From contig JBCCHQ010000001.1 of NCBI GenBank assembly GCA_039028735.1, positions 4,585 to 68,584 on the forward strand: a DNA stretch of 64,000 nucleotides, read 5' to 3'. This document shows, piece after piece, positions 47,077 to 56,394 of this stretch. The DNA comes from Planctomycetota bacterium (GTDB lineage Bacteria; Planctomycetota; UBA8108; UBA1146; JAJFFE01). Both the position numbers and the translations under genes were made by a program. Every line of letters begins with the position of its first letter. The first letter of the stretch is position 1. The notes under the pieces are model-generated. The model made no database searches and had not been told where the DNA came from. It saw only the letters and a program-made list of their open reading frames with translations.

Positions 47077-47795
47077 GCCTTGCCCACCGCACCTGGCTGT
47101 TGCTGCACGTTGTCACGGTCGTCGCGAACAACGCGACCGCCCTCGAGATGCAAACGGCGGTCGGCTTGCGCCGCAATCTCACTGTCGTGAGTCACCAACA
47201 CCAACGTAGTCCCAGCCGCCTCTCGCAAATCCAACAGCTGCTGCAAGACGCGAATTCCGTTGGCGCGATCGAGGTTGCCCGTTGGCTCGTCGGCAAGCAA
47301 CAGTCGCGGGCGAGTCCCGAACGCGCGGGCCACGGCGACCCGCTGCTGCTCTCCGCCAGAGAGCTGACTGGGGTAGTGGTGGGTCCGCGCCGCCAGGCCG
47401 ACAGCGGTCAGCAACTCGCGACTACGCGCGGCCGCATCGGCGACGCCCAGCAACTCCAGCGGCACCAACACGTTCTCGAGCGCAGTCAGGTTGTCGAGCA
47501 GCTGGAACGACTGGAAGATGAAGCCGATCTCGGTGCGGCGAAGCGCCGCAAGACCATCTTCGCGCAGCCCCGTCAGATCCTGTCCCGCCACCACGACCCG
47601 CCCCGAAGTCGGCCGATCAAGACCTGCCAACAACCCCAACAGCGTCGACTTACCGCTGCCCGAAGGACCAATCACGGCGATGAACTCACCCTCGGCAACC
47701 TCGAAGCTCACATCGTCGAGGACCGTAACTGGCTCCCCGGCACTTTGGAAGACGCGACGGAGTTGCTCGCATCGCACGATTGGTTCTGGTGACAT
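47073..47795 (-). CDS. ABC transporter ATP-binding protein (LolD/MacB/YbbA-like)
   Basis: Walker A is GPSGSGKST. The signature is LSGGEQQRVAVARA. Walker B is LLLADEPTGNLD. The H-loop is VLVTHD. Confidence 0.9.
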   Translation of the reverse strand: MSPEPIVRCEQLRRVFQSAGEPVTVLDDVSFEVAEGEFIAVIGPSGSGKSTLLGLLAGLDRPTSGRVVVAGQDLTGLREDGLAALRRTEIGFIFQSFQLLDNLTALENVLVPLELLGVADAAARSRELLTAVGLAARTHHYPSQLSGGEQQRVAVARAFGTRPRLLLADEPTGNLDRANGIRVLQQLLDLREAAGTTLVLVTHDSEIAAQADRRLHLEGGRVVRDDRDNVQQQPGAVGKA

Positions 47796-47969
47796 CGTTC
47801 CTTCAGGTCCGCTGTTGTCAGGTCCGCTGTGGTCCGGAGTAGACCCCGGAGACTTGCCTCTTCGTCGCCGCAGCTATCTTCAGTGAGGCACGCGGCCCCT
47901 GTTGCTGGTGCGCAGCACCATAGACGCGGTGCTGCCGCGTGAAAACCTCGTTGATCGCATGTCTTCGCC

Positions 47970-48713
47970 GTGGGTCGGAAAGGATCCTTCTTGCTCAGCG
48001 ACTACAACACGCGCAAACGCGCCCGCCTGTTTGGTTTCGTCGTTTCTGTAGCGCTAGTTTCAATCCTGGGGTGCGCTCCTGACGGCGAAGAACAGCGGGT
48101 CGAACAGCGCAAGAATCCAACTGCGCCAACAGCCCCAGCAACGACCGGGCCACTCGTCGCATTCCTCGGTGACAGCATCACGGCTGGCCTCCACGTCGAC
48201 GAAGCGCAAGCGTTCCCGGCTGTTCTCGCCACGGAGATGCGGTCGGCGGGGACGCCGATCCGGCTGCTGAACGCCGGGCGTAGCGGTGACACGACCGCTG
48301 GTGGCTTGGGCCGCGTCGATTGGATCCTCGCCCAGAAGCCAGACTGTGTGGTCGTGGAGTTGGGCGGCAACGACGGCCTCCGTGGACAGCCGATCGCAGC
48401 GATCACCGAGAACTTGCGCCAGATCCTGAAACGTATTCGCGCGGCGGGAGCGACGCCGCTGCTGTTGGGTATGCGCATTCCGACCAACTATGGCGGCGAA
48501 TACGCCACCGAATTCGCGGCGCTGTACGCAGCTCTCGCGGCAGAGCTGCAGGTCGCATTCGTCCCGTTCTTCATGGAGGGAGTCGCCGGCGATCCCGCAC
48601 TCAACCTACCTGACGGAATTCACCCAACCGTGGCGGGTCACCGCAAGTTGGCACAGAATCTGATCGAACCCGTCACCGCCGTCGTCAGGTCGGCAACTGT
48701 CAAGTCGGAGTAA
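47970..48713 (+). CDS. SGNH/GDSL-family arylesterase / thioesterase (TesA-like), with a lipoprotein-type signal
   Basis: It is transcribed divergently from the ABC pair. Block I is VAFLGDSITAG. Block III is ELGGNDGL. Block V is DGIHPTVAGH. The N-terminal motif is ALVSILGCAP. Confidence 0.8.
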   Translation: MGRKGSFLLSDYNTRKRARLFGFVVSVALVSILGCAPDGEEQRVEQRKNPTAPTAPATTGPLVAFLGDSITAGLHVDEAQAFPAVLATEMRSAGTPIRLLNAGRSGDTTAGGLGRVDWILAQKPDCVVVELGGNDGLRGQPIAAITENLRQILKRIRAAGATPLLLGMRIPTNYGGEYATEFAALYAALAAELQVAFVPFFMEGVAGDPALNLPDGIHPTVAGHRKLAQNLIEPVTAVVRSATVKSE

Positions 48714-48716
48714 CGC

Positions 48717-51700
48717 CTAGCTGGTCACGACGAGGTCGCGGACAGCGGCCAAAGACAGCGTCTTGCCGGCTGCGAGATCGCTGCCCCAGCTGTCGTTGCC
48801 CACCTTCGCCCGGACCTCCGAAACCCAGGCAACGTCCGTCGGCTCAGGTTCCGTGCCGCCAGTGCGCTCTGCAATCGTGGTCGCCAGACCGTATACACGC
48901 ACCGCAGCCGCAACGGCGTTGCTGACGGCTAGGAAGCGCGCCGCGCACCACAACAAATCAGCGTGCAGCGTCGTTTCCGAGAGTTGTTCGGCGGCTTCGA
49001 GCCCCTCAGTCAGCATCGTGGTCACGGCCAAGCGATCCTTCTGATCGATGGCGACTCGAGCGATGTTCGTCAACGAGCGCAGAACACCTTCTTGGTCGCC
49101 GAGTTCACGCTGTAGCGCGACGCTCTCTTCGTGAAACTGACGTGCTTCGTCGAGGCGACCCGCCAAGTGCGCGACCAACCCTAGATTGCTCAGCAGGTTG
49201 CGCTCCGTTCTGCGGTTGCCCACGGACCGACTGATGTCGAGCGCTTCCCGATACAACGTGGCCGCCGCCGCAAAGTCTTCGCGACCATAGGCAACGCTGC
49301 CGCAACTCTGCAAACAGACAGCAATGCCCTGCTGGTCTCCAAGCTCACGGAAGATGCCAAGAGCTTCATCGTAGTAGTCGCCGGCAGCGTCGTTGTCTCC
49401 TTGCGACAGCGCGACAAGCCCCAGGTTACTGAGGGCGACTCCCGTCTTCTTGCGATCAGAAAGCTGACGGGCAATGTCGAGGCTCTCCTCCAGCCGGACT
49501 CGCGCTCCGGAGAGGTCGCCTTCGCGACGATCGACTACAGCGACGTCGTTGAGGGCGCTCGCGATCCCCGACGGGTCACCAAGCTCGCGCCGAATGCGTA
49601 GCGCCTCGTCGAAAGCCAAGCGCGATGTCGACAAGTCGCCCTGCATCATCGCCAACTTCCCCAAGCACGAAAGAGCCGATGCTCGAGGGTTGTTGCCGCT
49701 CGTAGCAGCCGATAGCTCCAACGCATCGCTTGTGAACGAGCGCCCTTCGGTCCAATGGCCGCGCACCAACCAGTAGTGCCCCAACAATGCGACCAGCTGC
49801 AGCGCGTTGCCGCCCCCGTCTGCAGAATCTGCCAAGAAGCGCTGCAGCGCCGCACGAGTGTTGCCACGCTCGAGCTCGAGCAAGTCGAACCACTGCGCCT
49901 GTTCCGGTCCGGCCAGTTTCTCGTCCGCCTGCCCTGCAAGCTGCAGAAAATAGGCGCCATGGCGCTCGACCATTGCCGCGCTCTCTCCACACTCGTCGAG
50001 CTTCTCCCACGCATACTGGCGAATCGTCTCGAGCGATCGGTAGCGCGTCAATTCGTGCTCGCCGTCGGCAACGGCCGTGACTTCGACCAGTGACTTGTCG
50101 ACGAGGTTCGCCAGAAGATCGAGCACTTCGTAGTCTTCGATCTCGTCGTCGGAACAAACCTGCTCTGCCGAATCCAACGTCCAGCCACCGACAAACACAG
50201 CAAAGCGCCGCAGCAGCGCCTGCTCTTGTTCATCGAGTTGGTCGTAGCTCCAGTCGATGGCTGCGCGCAGTGTTTTCTGGTGTGGAAGAGCCATCTTGTT
50301 GCCGCCTCGCAGCAGCCGAAAGCGATCGGCCAAGCGCTCGGCAATATCGTTGACGGACAACACTCGAATGCGCGCTGCAGCGAGCTCTAGCGCCAGCGGG
50401 ATTCCATCAAGGCTCTGGCACACCTGCGCTACGGCGGCCGCATTCTGTTCGGTCAGCTCGAACGACGACTTCAGGGCGCGAGCACGTTCGACGAACAACG
50501 CGACGGCTTCGTTGTCCGCAAGCTCGCCCACGGGGGGCAAATGATCGAGGTCTGGCAACTCCATCGGTTCGACGTGATAGATCTGTTCGCCAGGAACGTT
50601 GAAGGCCTCGCGACTGCTCGCAATGATTTTCAGATCCGGGTACGTCAGCATCAACTGACTGACGATCTTCGAAATCGGTTCGATCATGTGTTCGCAATTG
50701 TCGAACACGAAGAGCAGTTGCTTCCCCTTCAGGTAGTCCATCAAAGTCTCGACTACACTGCGGCCGGGGTCCTCCTTGAGGCCAAGCACGCTCGCAATCG
50801 TACGCGGTACCAGCCCCTCGTCTTGCAGCGACGCAAACTCGACCAACCAGACGCCGTCCGGAAACGCGCCCAGATTGCGGCGCGCAACCTCCAGGCCAAG
50901 GCGCGTCTTTCCCGAACCCCCGGTGCCAGTCAGCGTCAACAAACAGGTGTGGGTCAAACACTCGAGGGTCTGCTCCAGCTGTCGCCGACGGCCAACGAAC
51001 GTCGTCAACTGTGCCGGAAGGTTGTTCGGGCCGGCGTCGCCAGTTCCCCCGGCTTCGGCATCTCGATAACGCGTCAAGACCTCGTCGAGCGTTCGCCGCA
51101 CGTCGGCAATCGACGCAGTGCGTTGCTCAATGTCGGTGGCGAGGCAGCCTTGTAGCAGCGACCGGATCGCCTTCGGGGTCGTTTCAGGGAGGCGTCCCCA
51201 ATCGATCGATGCCCGTTGGGTCGCAGAGACGCACTCGGCCAATGTACGAAACGTCAAAGCTGCTGACCCGGTAAGCATCTCGAACAGTACGCAACCGAAT
51301 GCCCAGATATCGACGCCTTCGCCCAACGGCCCGCCGCTGAGTTGTTCGGGACTCATGTAGCCAGGAGTTCCCGCCATCGACGGGTTGGCATCGTCAAGAC
51401 CAAGGTCTTCGGCGGCCTGGCCACGCGCGGTTGCGATTCCGAAGTCGAGGATCTTGGCAGTACCATCGCTAGCCAGCATCACGTTGCCGGGCTTCAGGTC
51501 GCGGTGAATCACACCGCGCGTATGCGCTGCCTGCAGCCCGCCCGCAATCTGCTTGGCGATACCGAGCGCGTCCGCGAACGACACTTCTTCTTTGAGTCGA
51601 TCTTGCAGCGACTGCCCCTGCAGATGCTCCATCGTGAAGTAGCGCAGCCCACCCTCTCCCTCGAGGCTGAAGATGGTCGCGATGTTGGGGTGATTCAACG

Positions 51701-52187
51701 CAGCGAGCAGCTGCGCTTCTCGTTCGAACGCCTCCAACGCTGCCGTGTTCGCGACGACCTCGTCGGGGAGCACCTTCAACGCGATCCGCCGCTTCAAACG
51801 TGGATCCTCCGCGAGATAGACGACCCCCATGCCGCCGCGGCCGAGCTCGGCAACGATCTGATACGGACCGATCGCGGTCGGAGGTGCGCCGTCGGAGCTG
51901 GCCGTGCCTACCGGGTGCGGGGCATTACTACCGTCGAATGCGACGGTCGCATCGTCTCCGATTGGTGCAGCAGACGGGGCGCCGGTTGCAATCGTTTCCG
52001 ACAGGTCCACGGTCGCACCATCGGCCAGCGGGGCTTGACCAGCACTCGGAGGCTCGGTGGAAATCGTCTCGGACAGATCCACCGTTGCATCATCAGTAAT
52101 GGGAGTGTCCGGCGGCGGCGGCTTGCCGGCCCCGGGGGGCGCATTCCCGGGGGGCCCATTCCCGGGTGTTGGTTCGTCTGGTCTCAT
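48717..52187 (-). CDS. Ser/Thr protein kinase fused to an NB-ARC/AAA-type P-loop NTPase and TPR repeats (STAND-like signalling protein)
   Basis: ATG 52187 with an AGGAG RBS. The N-terminal Pro-rich region carries tandem (D/G)ATVDLSETI repeats. Kinase motifs are ELGRGGMGVVY, HRDLKPGNVM, DFGIA. The P-loop is TGTGGSGKTRL. The C-terminal ~450 aa are TPR. Confidence 0.8.
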   Translation of the reverse strand: MRPDEPTPGNGPPGNAPPGAGKPPPPDTPITDDATVDLSETISTEPPSAGQAPLADGATVDLSETIATGAPSAAPIGDDATVAFDGSNAPHPVGTASSDGAPPTAIGPYQIVAELGRGGMGVVYLAEDPRLKRRIALKVLPDEVVANTAALEAFEREAQLLAALNHPNIATIFSLEGEGGLRYFTMEHLQGQSLQDRLKEEVSFADALGIAKQIAGGLQAAHTRGVIHRDLKPGNVMLASDGTAKILDFGIATARGQAAEDLGLDDANPSMAGTPGYMSPEQLSGGPLGEGVDIWAFGCVLFEMLTGSAALTFRTLAECVSATQRASIDWGRLPETTPKAIRSLLQGCLATDIEQRTASIADVRRTLDEVLTRYRDAEAGGTGDAGPNNLPAQLTTFVGRRRQLEQTLECLTHTCLLTLTGTGGSGKTRLGLEVARRNLGAFPDGVWLVEFASLQDEGLVPRTIASVLGLKEDPGRSVVETLMDYLKGKQLLFVFDNCEHMIEPISKIVSQLMLTYPDLKIIASSREAFNVPGEQIYHVEPMELPDLDHLPPVGELADNEAVALFVERARALKSSFELTEQNAAAVAQVCQSLDGIPLALELAAARIRVLSVNDIAERLADRFRLLRGGNKMALPHQKTLRAAIDWSYDQLDEQEQALLRRFAVFVGGWTLDSAEQVCSDDEIEDYEVLDLLANLVDKSLVEVTAVADGEHELTRYRSLETIRQYAWEKLDECGESAAMVERHGAYFLQLAGQADEKLAGPEQAQWFDLLELERGNTRAALQRFLADSADGGGNALQLVALLGHYWLVRGHWTEGRSFTSDALELSAATSGNNPRASALSCLGKLAMMQGDLSTSRLAFDEALRIRRELGDPSGIASALNDVAVVDRREGDLSGARVRLEESLDIARQLSDRKKTGVALSNLGLVALSQGDNDAAGDYYDEALGIFRELGDQQGIAVCLQSCGSVAYGREDFAAAATLYREALDISRSVGNRRTERNLLSNLGLVAHLAGRLDEARQFHEESVALQRELGDQEGVLRSLTNIARVAIDQKDRLAVTTMLTEGLEAAEQLSETTLHADLLWCAARFLAVSNAVAAAVRVYGLATTIAERTGGTEPEPTDVAWVSEVRAKVGNDSWGSDLAAGKTLSLAAVRDLVVTS

Positions 52188-52286
52188 CCCGCTCCTACCA
52201 TTCTTCAGCGGCTCAGTATAGGACTACGGCGGCTGACCGCAAAGCAGGATAGTGGTCGCAGGTCCACTGAACCGGAGAGGACAGCA

Positions 52287-52811
52287 ATGACGGCGCCCTG
52301 GAGTCAGATCATTCTCGGCGAGCTCGACGACGAAGTACCACCGACTCGAAACATGCTGGCAGCCATCCCCGACGAACATTTGTCGTGGCAACCCCACGAA
52401 AAGTCCTGGCCATTGAGTCACCTCGCGGGCCACATGGCCAACGTCTTGAAGTGGCAGGTATTCGTGCTGCAGTTTCCGGAATTCGACCTGGCAAGCGCCC
52501 CGCCCCCGGACACCGAAAGTGTCGGCGACAGTGCGGCGACGCTGGCGATCTTCGATGACAACGTGGCCGCATTGCGGGAGGCCCTCGACGCGGCTACCGA
52601 TGCACAGCTCGAGGAGACGTGGACGTTGCGCCACGGAGAGAACGTCCTTTTCTCGCGCGCCCGACAAGCCGTCATCCGCAGCACTGGTGTGCGGCATCTG
52701 ATCCACCACCGCGGTCAGCTGAGCCTGTATCTGCGACAATTGAACGTTTCGGTCCCGTCCACATATGGACCCACTGCAGACACTCCGCCCCCTGGACATC
52801 TTAGAGGCTGA
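52287..52811 (+). CDS. DinB-family (DinB_2) protein
   Basis: ATG 52287 with a GGAGAGG RBS. The motif is SHLAGHMANVLKWQ and the C-terminal is HLIHHRGQL. Confidence 0.6.
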   Translation: MTAPWSQIILGELDDEVPPTRNMLAAIPDEHLSWQPHEKSWPLSHLAGHMANVLKWQVFVLQFPEFDLASAPPPDTESVGDSAATLAIFDDNVAALREALDAATDAQLEETWTLRHGENVLFSRARQAVIRSTGVRHLIHHRGQLSLYLRQLNVSVPSTYGPTADTPPPGHLRG

Positions 52812-52866
52812 TCGGGGCTAGTGGCTGATCGGCCGGGCTCGGCAAATTGCCGGGACGGGTTCACCG

Positions 52867-53448
52867 CTAGCGAGAGCCGGGCTCGAGCTCGGCGCGGAGA
52901 CGCTCTTCGCAGGCGGTCAACCCAGAGGCAACGATCCGGCCGCTCGGATTGACGAGATAGAACGTCGAGCCCCAGACCAAGCGCACGCCGTAAGCTTCGC
53001 AGTCTGCTGTGGCGTTGGCCAGCAACAAGAAGTTCAGGTCGCAATCGTCAGCAACCTTCTCGGCATCGCGACGGCTGCCGGCCGTGACACCGACAATCAT
53101 GAATCGCCGCCAGTCGTCGAACTCGGCTTGCACCTGCACGAGGTGCGGCATCTCCTCGATGCATGGCCCTCACGACGGCAGGAAGAAGACCAGCAACGTC
53201 CAACGGTTGCGCAGCGAGCCCGCATTATGGCCAAAACCAGTGCGATCGATACGAGGCTGCAAGACTTGTAGCTCTGGTGTGGGCGCGACCCATTGGCGCC
53301 CTTGCAGCGGCGGCGCGATCGATCCCTCGAGGTCAGAGTTGCTGAGGGCCAGGAACCCAGCGCGGACCGTGCCACAGCCGGAAGCGGTCACCAACAAGCC
53401 CGAGAGGAAAATGAAAAGCGCCAGCTGTCGTCGCATCGCTGCGTGCAT
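52867..53448 (-). CDS. TlpA/ResA-like thiol:disulfide oxidoreductase lipoprotein with an in-frame TGA at the first redox Cys: candidate selenoprotein (U-G-P-C motif)
   Basis: Track ORFs 53170..53553 and 52867..53151 are in the same frame and are separated only by TGA (53172-53170). Read-through gives WTLLVFFLPS-U-GPCIEEMPHLVQVQAEFDDWRRFMIVGV, which is a textbook TlpA pattern (cf. VLVNFWASWCGPCRAEMP). The C-terminal is STFYLVNPSGRIVA. Start ATG 53448 or 53436 precedes the lipobox-like TASGC. Confidence 0.6.
53135..53163 (-). promoter_or_regulatory. SECIS-like hairpin 8 nt downstream of the in-frame UGA (minus strand)
   Basis: Read on the minus strand it is GCAuCGAGG-AGAUGCCGCA-CCUCGUGC. It has an 8-bp stem with a 1-nt bulge and a 10-nt loop. 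Confidence 0.35.
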
Positions 53449-53453
53449 CTTGC

Positions 53454-53720
53454 CTACTGCACGACTCGACCATAGAGGCCGTTGCCGAGGTACTCGATCT
53501 TGCCCTTCTCTACCAACGCGTCCCAAATCTCCTGTGGGAACTGTTCTGGGCACCTGATGCCGACGATCCCGGACTGGCCGCCTTTGGTCATCGCGCCGTG
53601 GCCAAGGCGAGACTCGTCATCGAGACGGTGCAGCTTCAAGCGCTTCTTGAACGCTTTCATCGCTTGCTGCAGTTCTTCTTTGGTGGGGCCTTCCGACCCG
53701 GTGTCGTCCGACGGTACCAT
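53454..53720 (-). CDS. Small hypothetical protein, translationally coupled to the downstream TlpA-like gene
   Basis: ATG 53720 (MVPSDDTGSEGPTKEELQQAMKAFKK...). It is 88 aa. Its stop TAG lies 5 nt before the TlpA-like ATG. Confidence 0.4.
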   Translation of the reverse strand: MVPSDDTGSEGPTKEELQQAMKAFKKRLKLHRLDDESRLGHGAMTKGGQSGIVGIRCPEQFPQEIWDALVEKGKIEYLGNGLYGRVVQ

Positions 53721-53835
53721 GGGGCCTCCTGTTCGAATGAAGTCGGCTCGCCCAAGAGCGAGTAGGATGCTCTTCGACTGCTGCTGACAATAACAACTCA
53801 CCGCCCCAGAATCGAGTACGAGGAGTCCTTAGCGA

Positions 53836-55998
53836 ATGGCGCCCATGAGTGACGAGAACTTCGGAGAGATCGCCCAGGAAATCGGCATCCGCGTGCAACA
53901 AGTGCGCGCGACGGTGGAACTCTTCGCCGACGGAGGCACGGTGCCCTTCATAGCGCGCTACCGCAAAGAGGTGACCGGATCCCTCGATGAAGTGCAAATC
54001 GCTGCGATTCGCGACTCTCTGGACAAACGTATCGAACTGGCCAAGCGCCGCGACGCGATGTTGAAGTCGCTACAAGAACGCGACCTATTGACGCCGGAAT
54101 TGGCGACAGCTCTCCAGAAAGCGCAGTCGATGAGCGCGCTCGAGGACATCTACCACCCGCATCGAGCAAAGCGGCGCACGAAAGCCACGATCGCGAAGGA
54201 ACGTGGCCTCGAGCCACTGGCCGCACGCCTGCTCGAGCAAGACGCGACGCTCGACGTCACGAAAGAAGCGCAAGCCTTCGTTGACCCCAACAAGGATGTT
54301 CCAGATGTCGACGCAGCCGTGGCAGGTGCGCGCGACATCATCGCCGAGTACGTCAGCGACGACGCCGTGTGCCGCGCTCAACTTCGTGAACGCTTACTCA
54401 GGGACGGCGTCATCACCTCACGACTCGCTCGCGGCAAGAAGGAAGCAGCGAAGAGTGAAGAAGGTGCGAAGTTCCGGGACTACTTCGACTGGAGCGAGCC
54501 ACTCTCGCGGGCCCCGTCACACCGTGTGCTAGCGCTCCTCCGCGGCGAGCGCGAGGGTTTCTTGTCGGTCTCGATGCGCCTTCCCGAGCAAGCGGCGCTA
54601 TCGTTCCTGCACGGCCGCTTCGTCAAGAATCAGAGCGCTGCCGGTCGCGCCGTGCGGGATGCAGTCGACGACGGCTACGACCGTTTGTTGGCACCGTCCC
54701 TCGAGACCGAAGCGCGTACTCATCTCAAGGCGCAGGCCGATGCCGAGGCGATTGCCGTCTTCGCCGACAATCTTCGTGAGTTGCTTCTGGCGGCGCCCCT
54801 TGGACAACGCCGAGTACTTGCGCTGGATCCTGGGTTTCGAACCGGCTGCAAGCTTGTCTGCCTCGATCGACAAGGAACGCTCGTCCACCACACTGCGATC
54901 TACCCGCACAACGGTGAGCGGCAACAGCGCGAAGCGGCGAATTGCCTGCAGCGCCTCTGCAGCGAGCATGAGATCGAAGCGATCGCAATCGGCAACGGCA
55001 CTGCTGGCCGCGAGACTGAACGGTTCGTGCGGTCGTTGGACTTGGACAAGAAGATCGCGATCGTCCTCGTCAACGAATCTGGCGCGTCGATCTACTCGGC
55101 TTCGGAAGTGGCTCGGGACGAGTTTCCCGACCTCGATCTGACCGTTCGTGGCGCGATCTCGATCGGTAGGAGGTTGATGGATCCGCTCGCCGAACTCGTC
55201 AAGTTGGATCCCAAGTCGATCGGTGTCGGGCAGTACCAGCACGATGTGGACCAGAAAGCACTCAAACGCAGCCTTGACGATGTCGTGATGAGCTGTGTCA
55301 ACGGGATCGGCGTCGACGTCAACAGCGCTAGTCCGCAGCTGCTCGCCTATGTTGCGGGTCTCGGCCCTCAGATCGCCCAAAATGTCGTGGCCTACCGCAC
55401 AGAGAAGCAACCCTTCACGTCGCGGGCCCAGCTCAAGAAGGTACCGCGGCTCGGTCCGAAAGCCTTCGAGCAGTGTGCAGGGTTCCTGCGCATCACAGAC
55501 GCAAAGAACCCTCTCGATAGCAGCGCTGTTCATCCGGAACGATACGGTGTGGTCGAACAGATGGCATCCGACTTGTCTTGCAAGGTCTCGGATCTCCTCG
55601 CGAAAGCGGACTTGCGCCAGCAGGTCGATCCGCAGCAGTACGTCGCCGCCGAGGTAGGACTGCCGACGCTGCACGACATCCTCGAAGAACTCTCACGACC
55701 CGGACGTGACCCGCGCGCCGAGTTCGCCGCGTTCTCGTTCGCCGATGGCGTCGAGTCGCTCGAAGACCTCGCAACCGGTATGCAGCTGCCCGGGATCGTG
55801 ACGAACGTCACGGCCTTCGGCGCCTTTGTCGACGTGGGCGTGCACCAGGACGGACTGGTACACGTCAGTCAACTCACGGATACGTACGTCAGTGATCCTG
55901 CGGAAGTGGTCAAAGTGCAGCAACAGGTCCAAGTGCGGGTACTGGATGTCGATCTCGCAAGAAAGCGAATCTCCTTGTCGATGCGGAGTCCTCAATGA
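53836..55998 (+). CDS. tex: Transcription accessory protein Tex (YqgF/HhH/S1 domains)
   Basis: ATG with a GAGGAG RBS. The characteristic Tex N terminus is VELFADGGTVPFIARYRKE. The C-terminal S1 region is GIVTNVTAFGAFVDVGVHQDGLVHVSQL. Confidence 0.9.
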   Translation: MAPMSDENFGEIAQEIGIRVQQVRATVELFADGGTVPFIARYRKEVTGSLDEVQIAAIRDSLDKRIELAKRRDAMLKSLQERDLLTPELATALQKAQSMSALEDIYHPHRAKRRTKATIAKERGLEPLAARLLEQDATLDVTKEAQAFVDPNKDVPDVDAAVAGARDIIAEYVSDDAVCRAQLRERLLRDGVITSRLARGKKEAAKSEEGAKFRDYFDWSEPLSRAPSHRVLALLRGEREGFLSVSMRLPEQAALSFLHGRFVKNQSAAGRAVRDAVDDGYDRLLAPSLETEARTHLKAQADAEAIAVFADNLRELLLAAPLGQRRVLALDPGFRTGCKLVCLDRQGTLVHHTAIYPHNGERQQREAANCLQRLCSEHEIEAIAIGNGTAGRETERFVRSLDLDKKIAIVLVNESGASIYSASEVARDEFPDLDLTVRGAISIGRRLMDPLAELVKLDPKSIGVGQYQHDVDQKALKRSLDDVVMSCVNGIGVDVNSASPQLLAYVAGLGPQIAQNVVAYRTEKQPFTSRAQLKKVPRLGPKAFEQCAGFLRITDAKNPLDSSAVHPERYGVVEQMASDLSCKVSDLLAKADLRQQVDPQQYVAAEVGLPTLHDILEELSRPGRDPRAEFAAFSFADGVESLEDLATGMQLPGIVTNVTAFGAFVDVGVHQDGLVHVSQLTDTYVSDPAEVVKVQQQVQVRVLDVDLARKRISLSMRSPQ

Positions 55999-56315
55999 TA
56001 CCGACGATCACCGTGCAGGAGTGTGCGCGGCGCCTTGCGGCCGAGACGCCACCGCTGCTGCTCGATGTGCGGGAGGATTTCGAGCTCGATATCGCGCGTA
56101 TCGAGGGTGCATTGCACATCCCCATGGCTGCGATTGCGCAACGGCTCGACGCACTCGACTCCACTCGGGAGATCGTGGTCATGTGCCACCATGGCGTCCG
56201 CAGCGCTCATGTCTGCGAATTCTTGCTGAGCCACGGCTTCGAGGAGATCATGAACCTAGAGGGAGGGATCGACAGCTGGTCGCGGCAGGTCGACCCAAGC
56301 ATCGCGAGATATTGA
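55995..56315 (+). CDS. Single-domain rhodanese-like sulfurtransferase (GlpE-like)
   Basis: The active-site loop is CHHGVRSAH. Its start overlaps the tex stop (ATGA). Confidence 0.8.
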   Translation: MIPTITVQECARRLAAETPPLLLDVREDFELDIARIEGALHIPMAAIAQRLDALDSTREIVVMCHHGVRSAHVCEFLLSHGFEEIMNLEGGIDSWSRQVDPSIARY

Positions 56316-56394
56316 CGAACAAGCGCCGGAATCGTTGTACCTGCACGAGGGAACGGCGATAATCGTAGGCTTACAATGCCAACTAGGAGAATCC

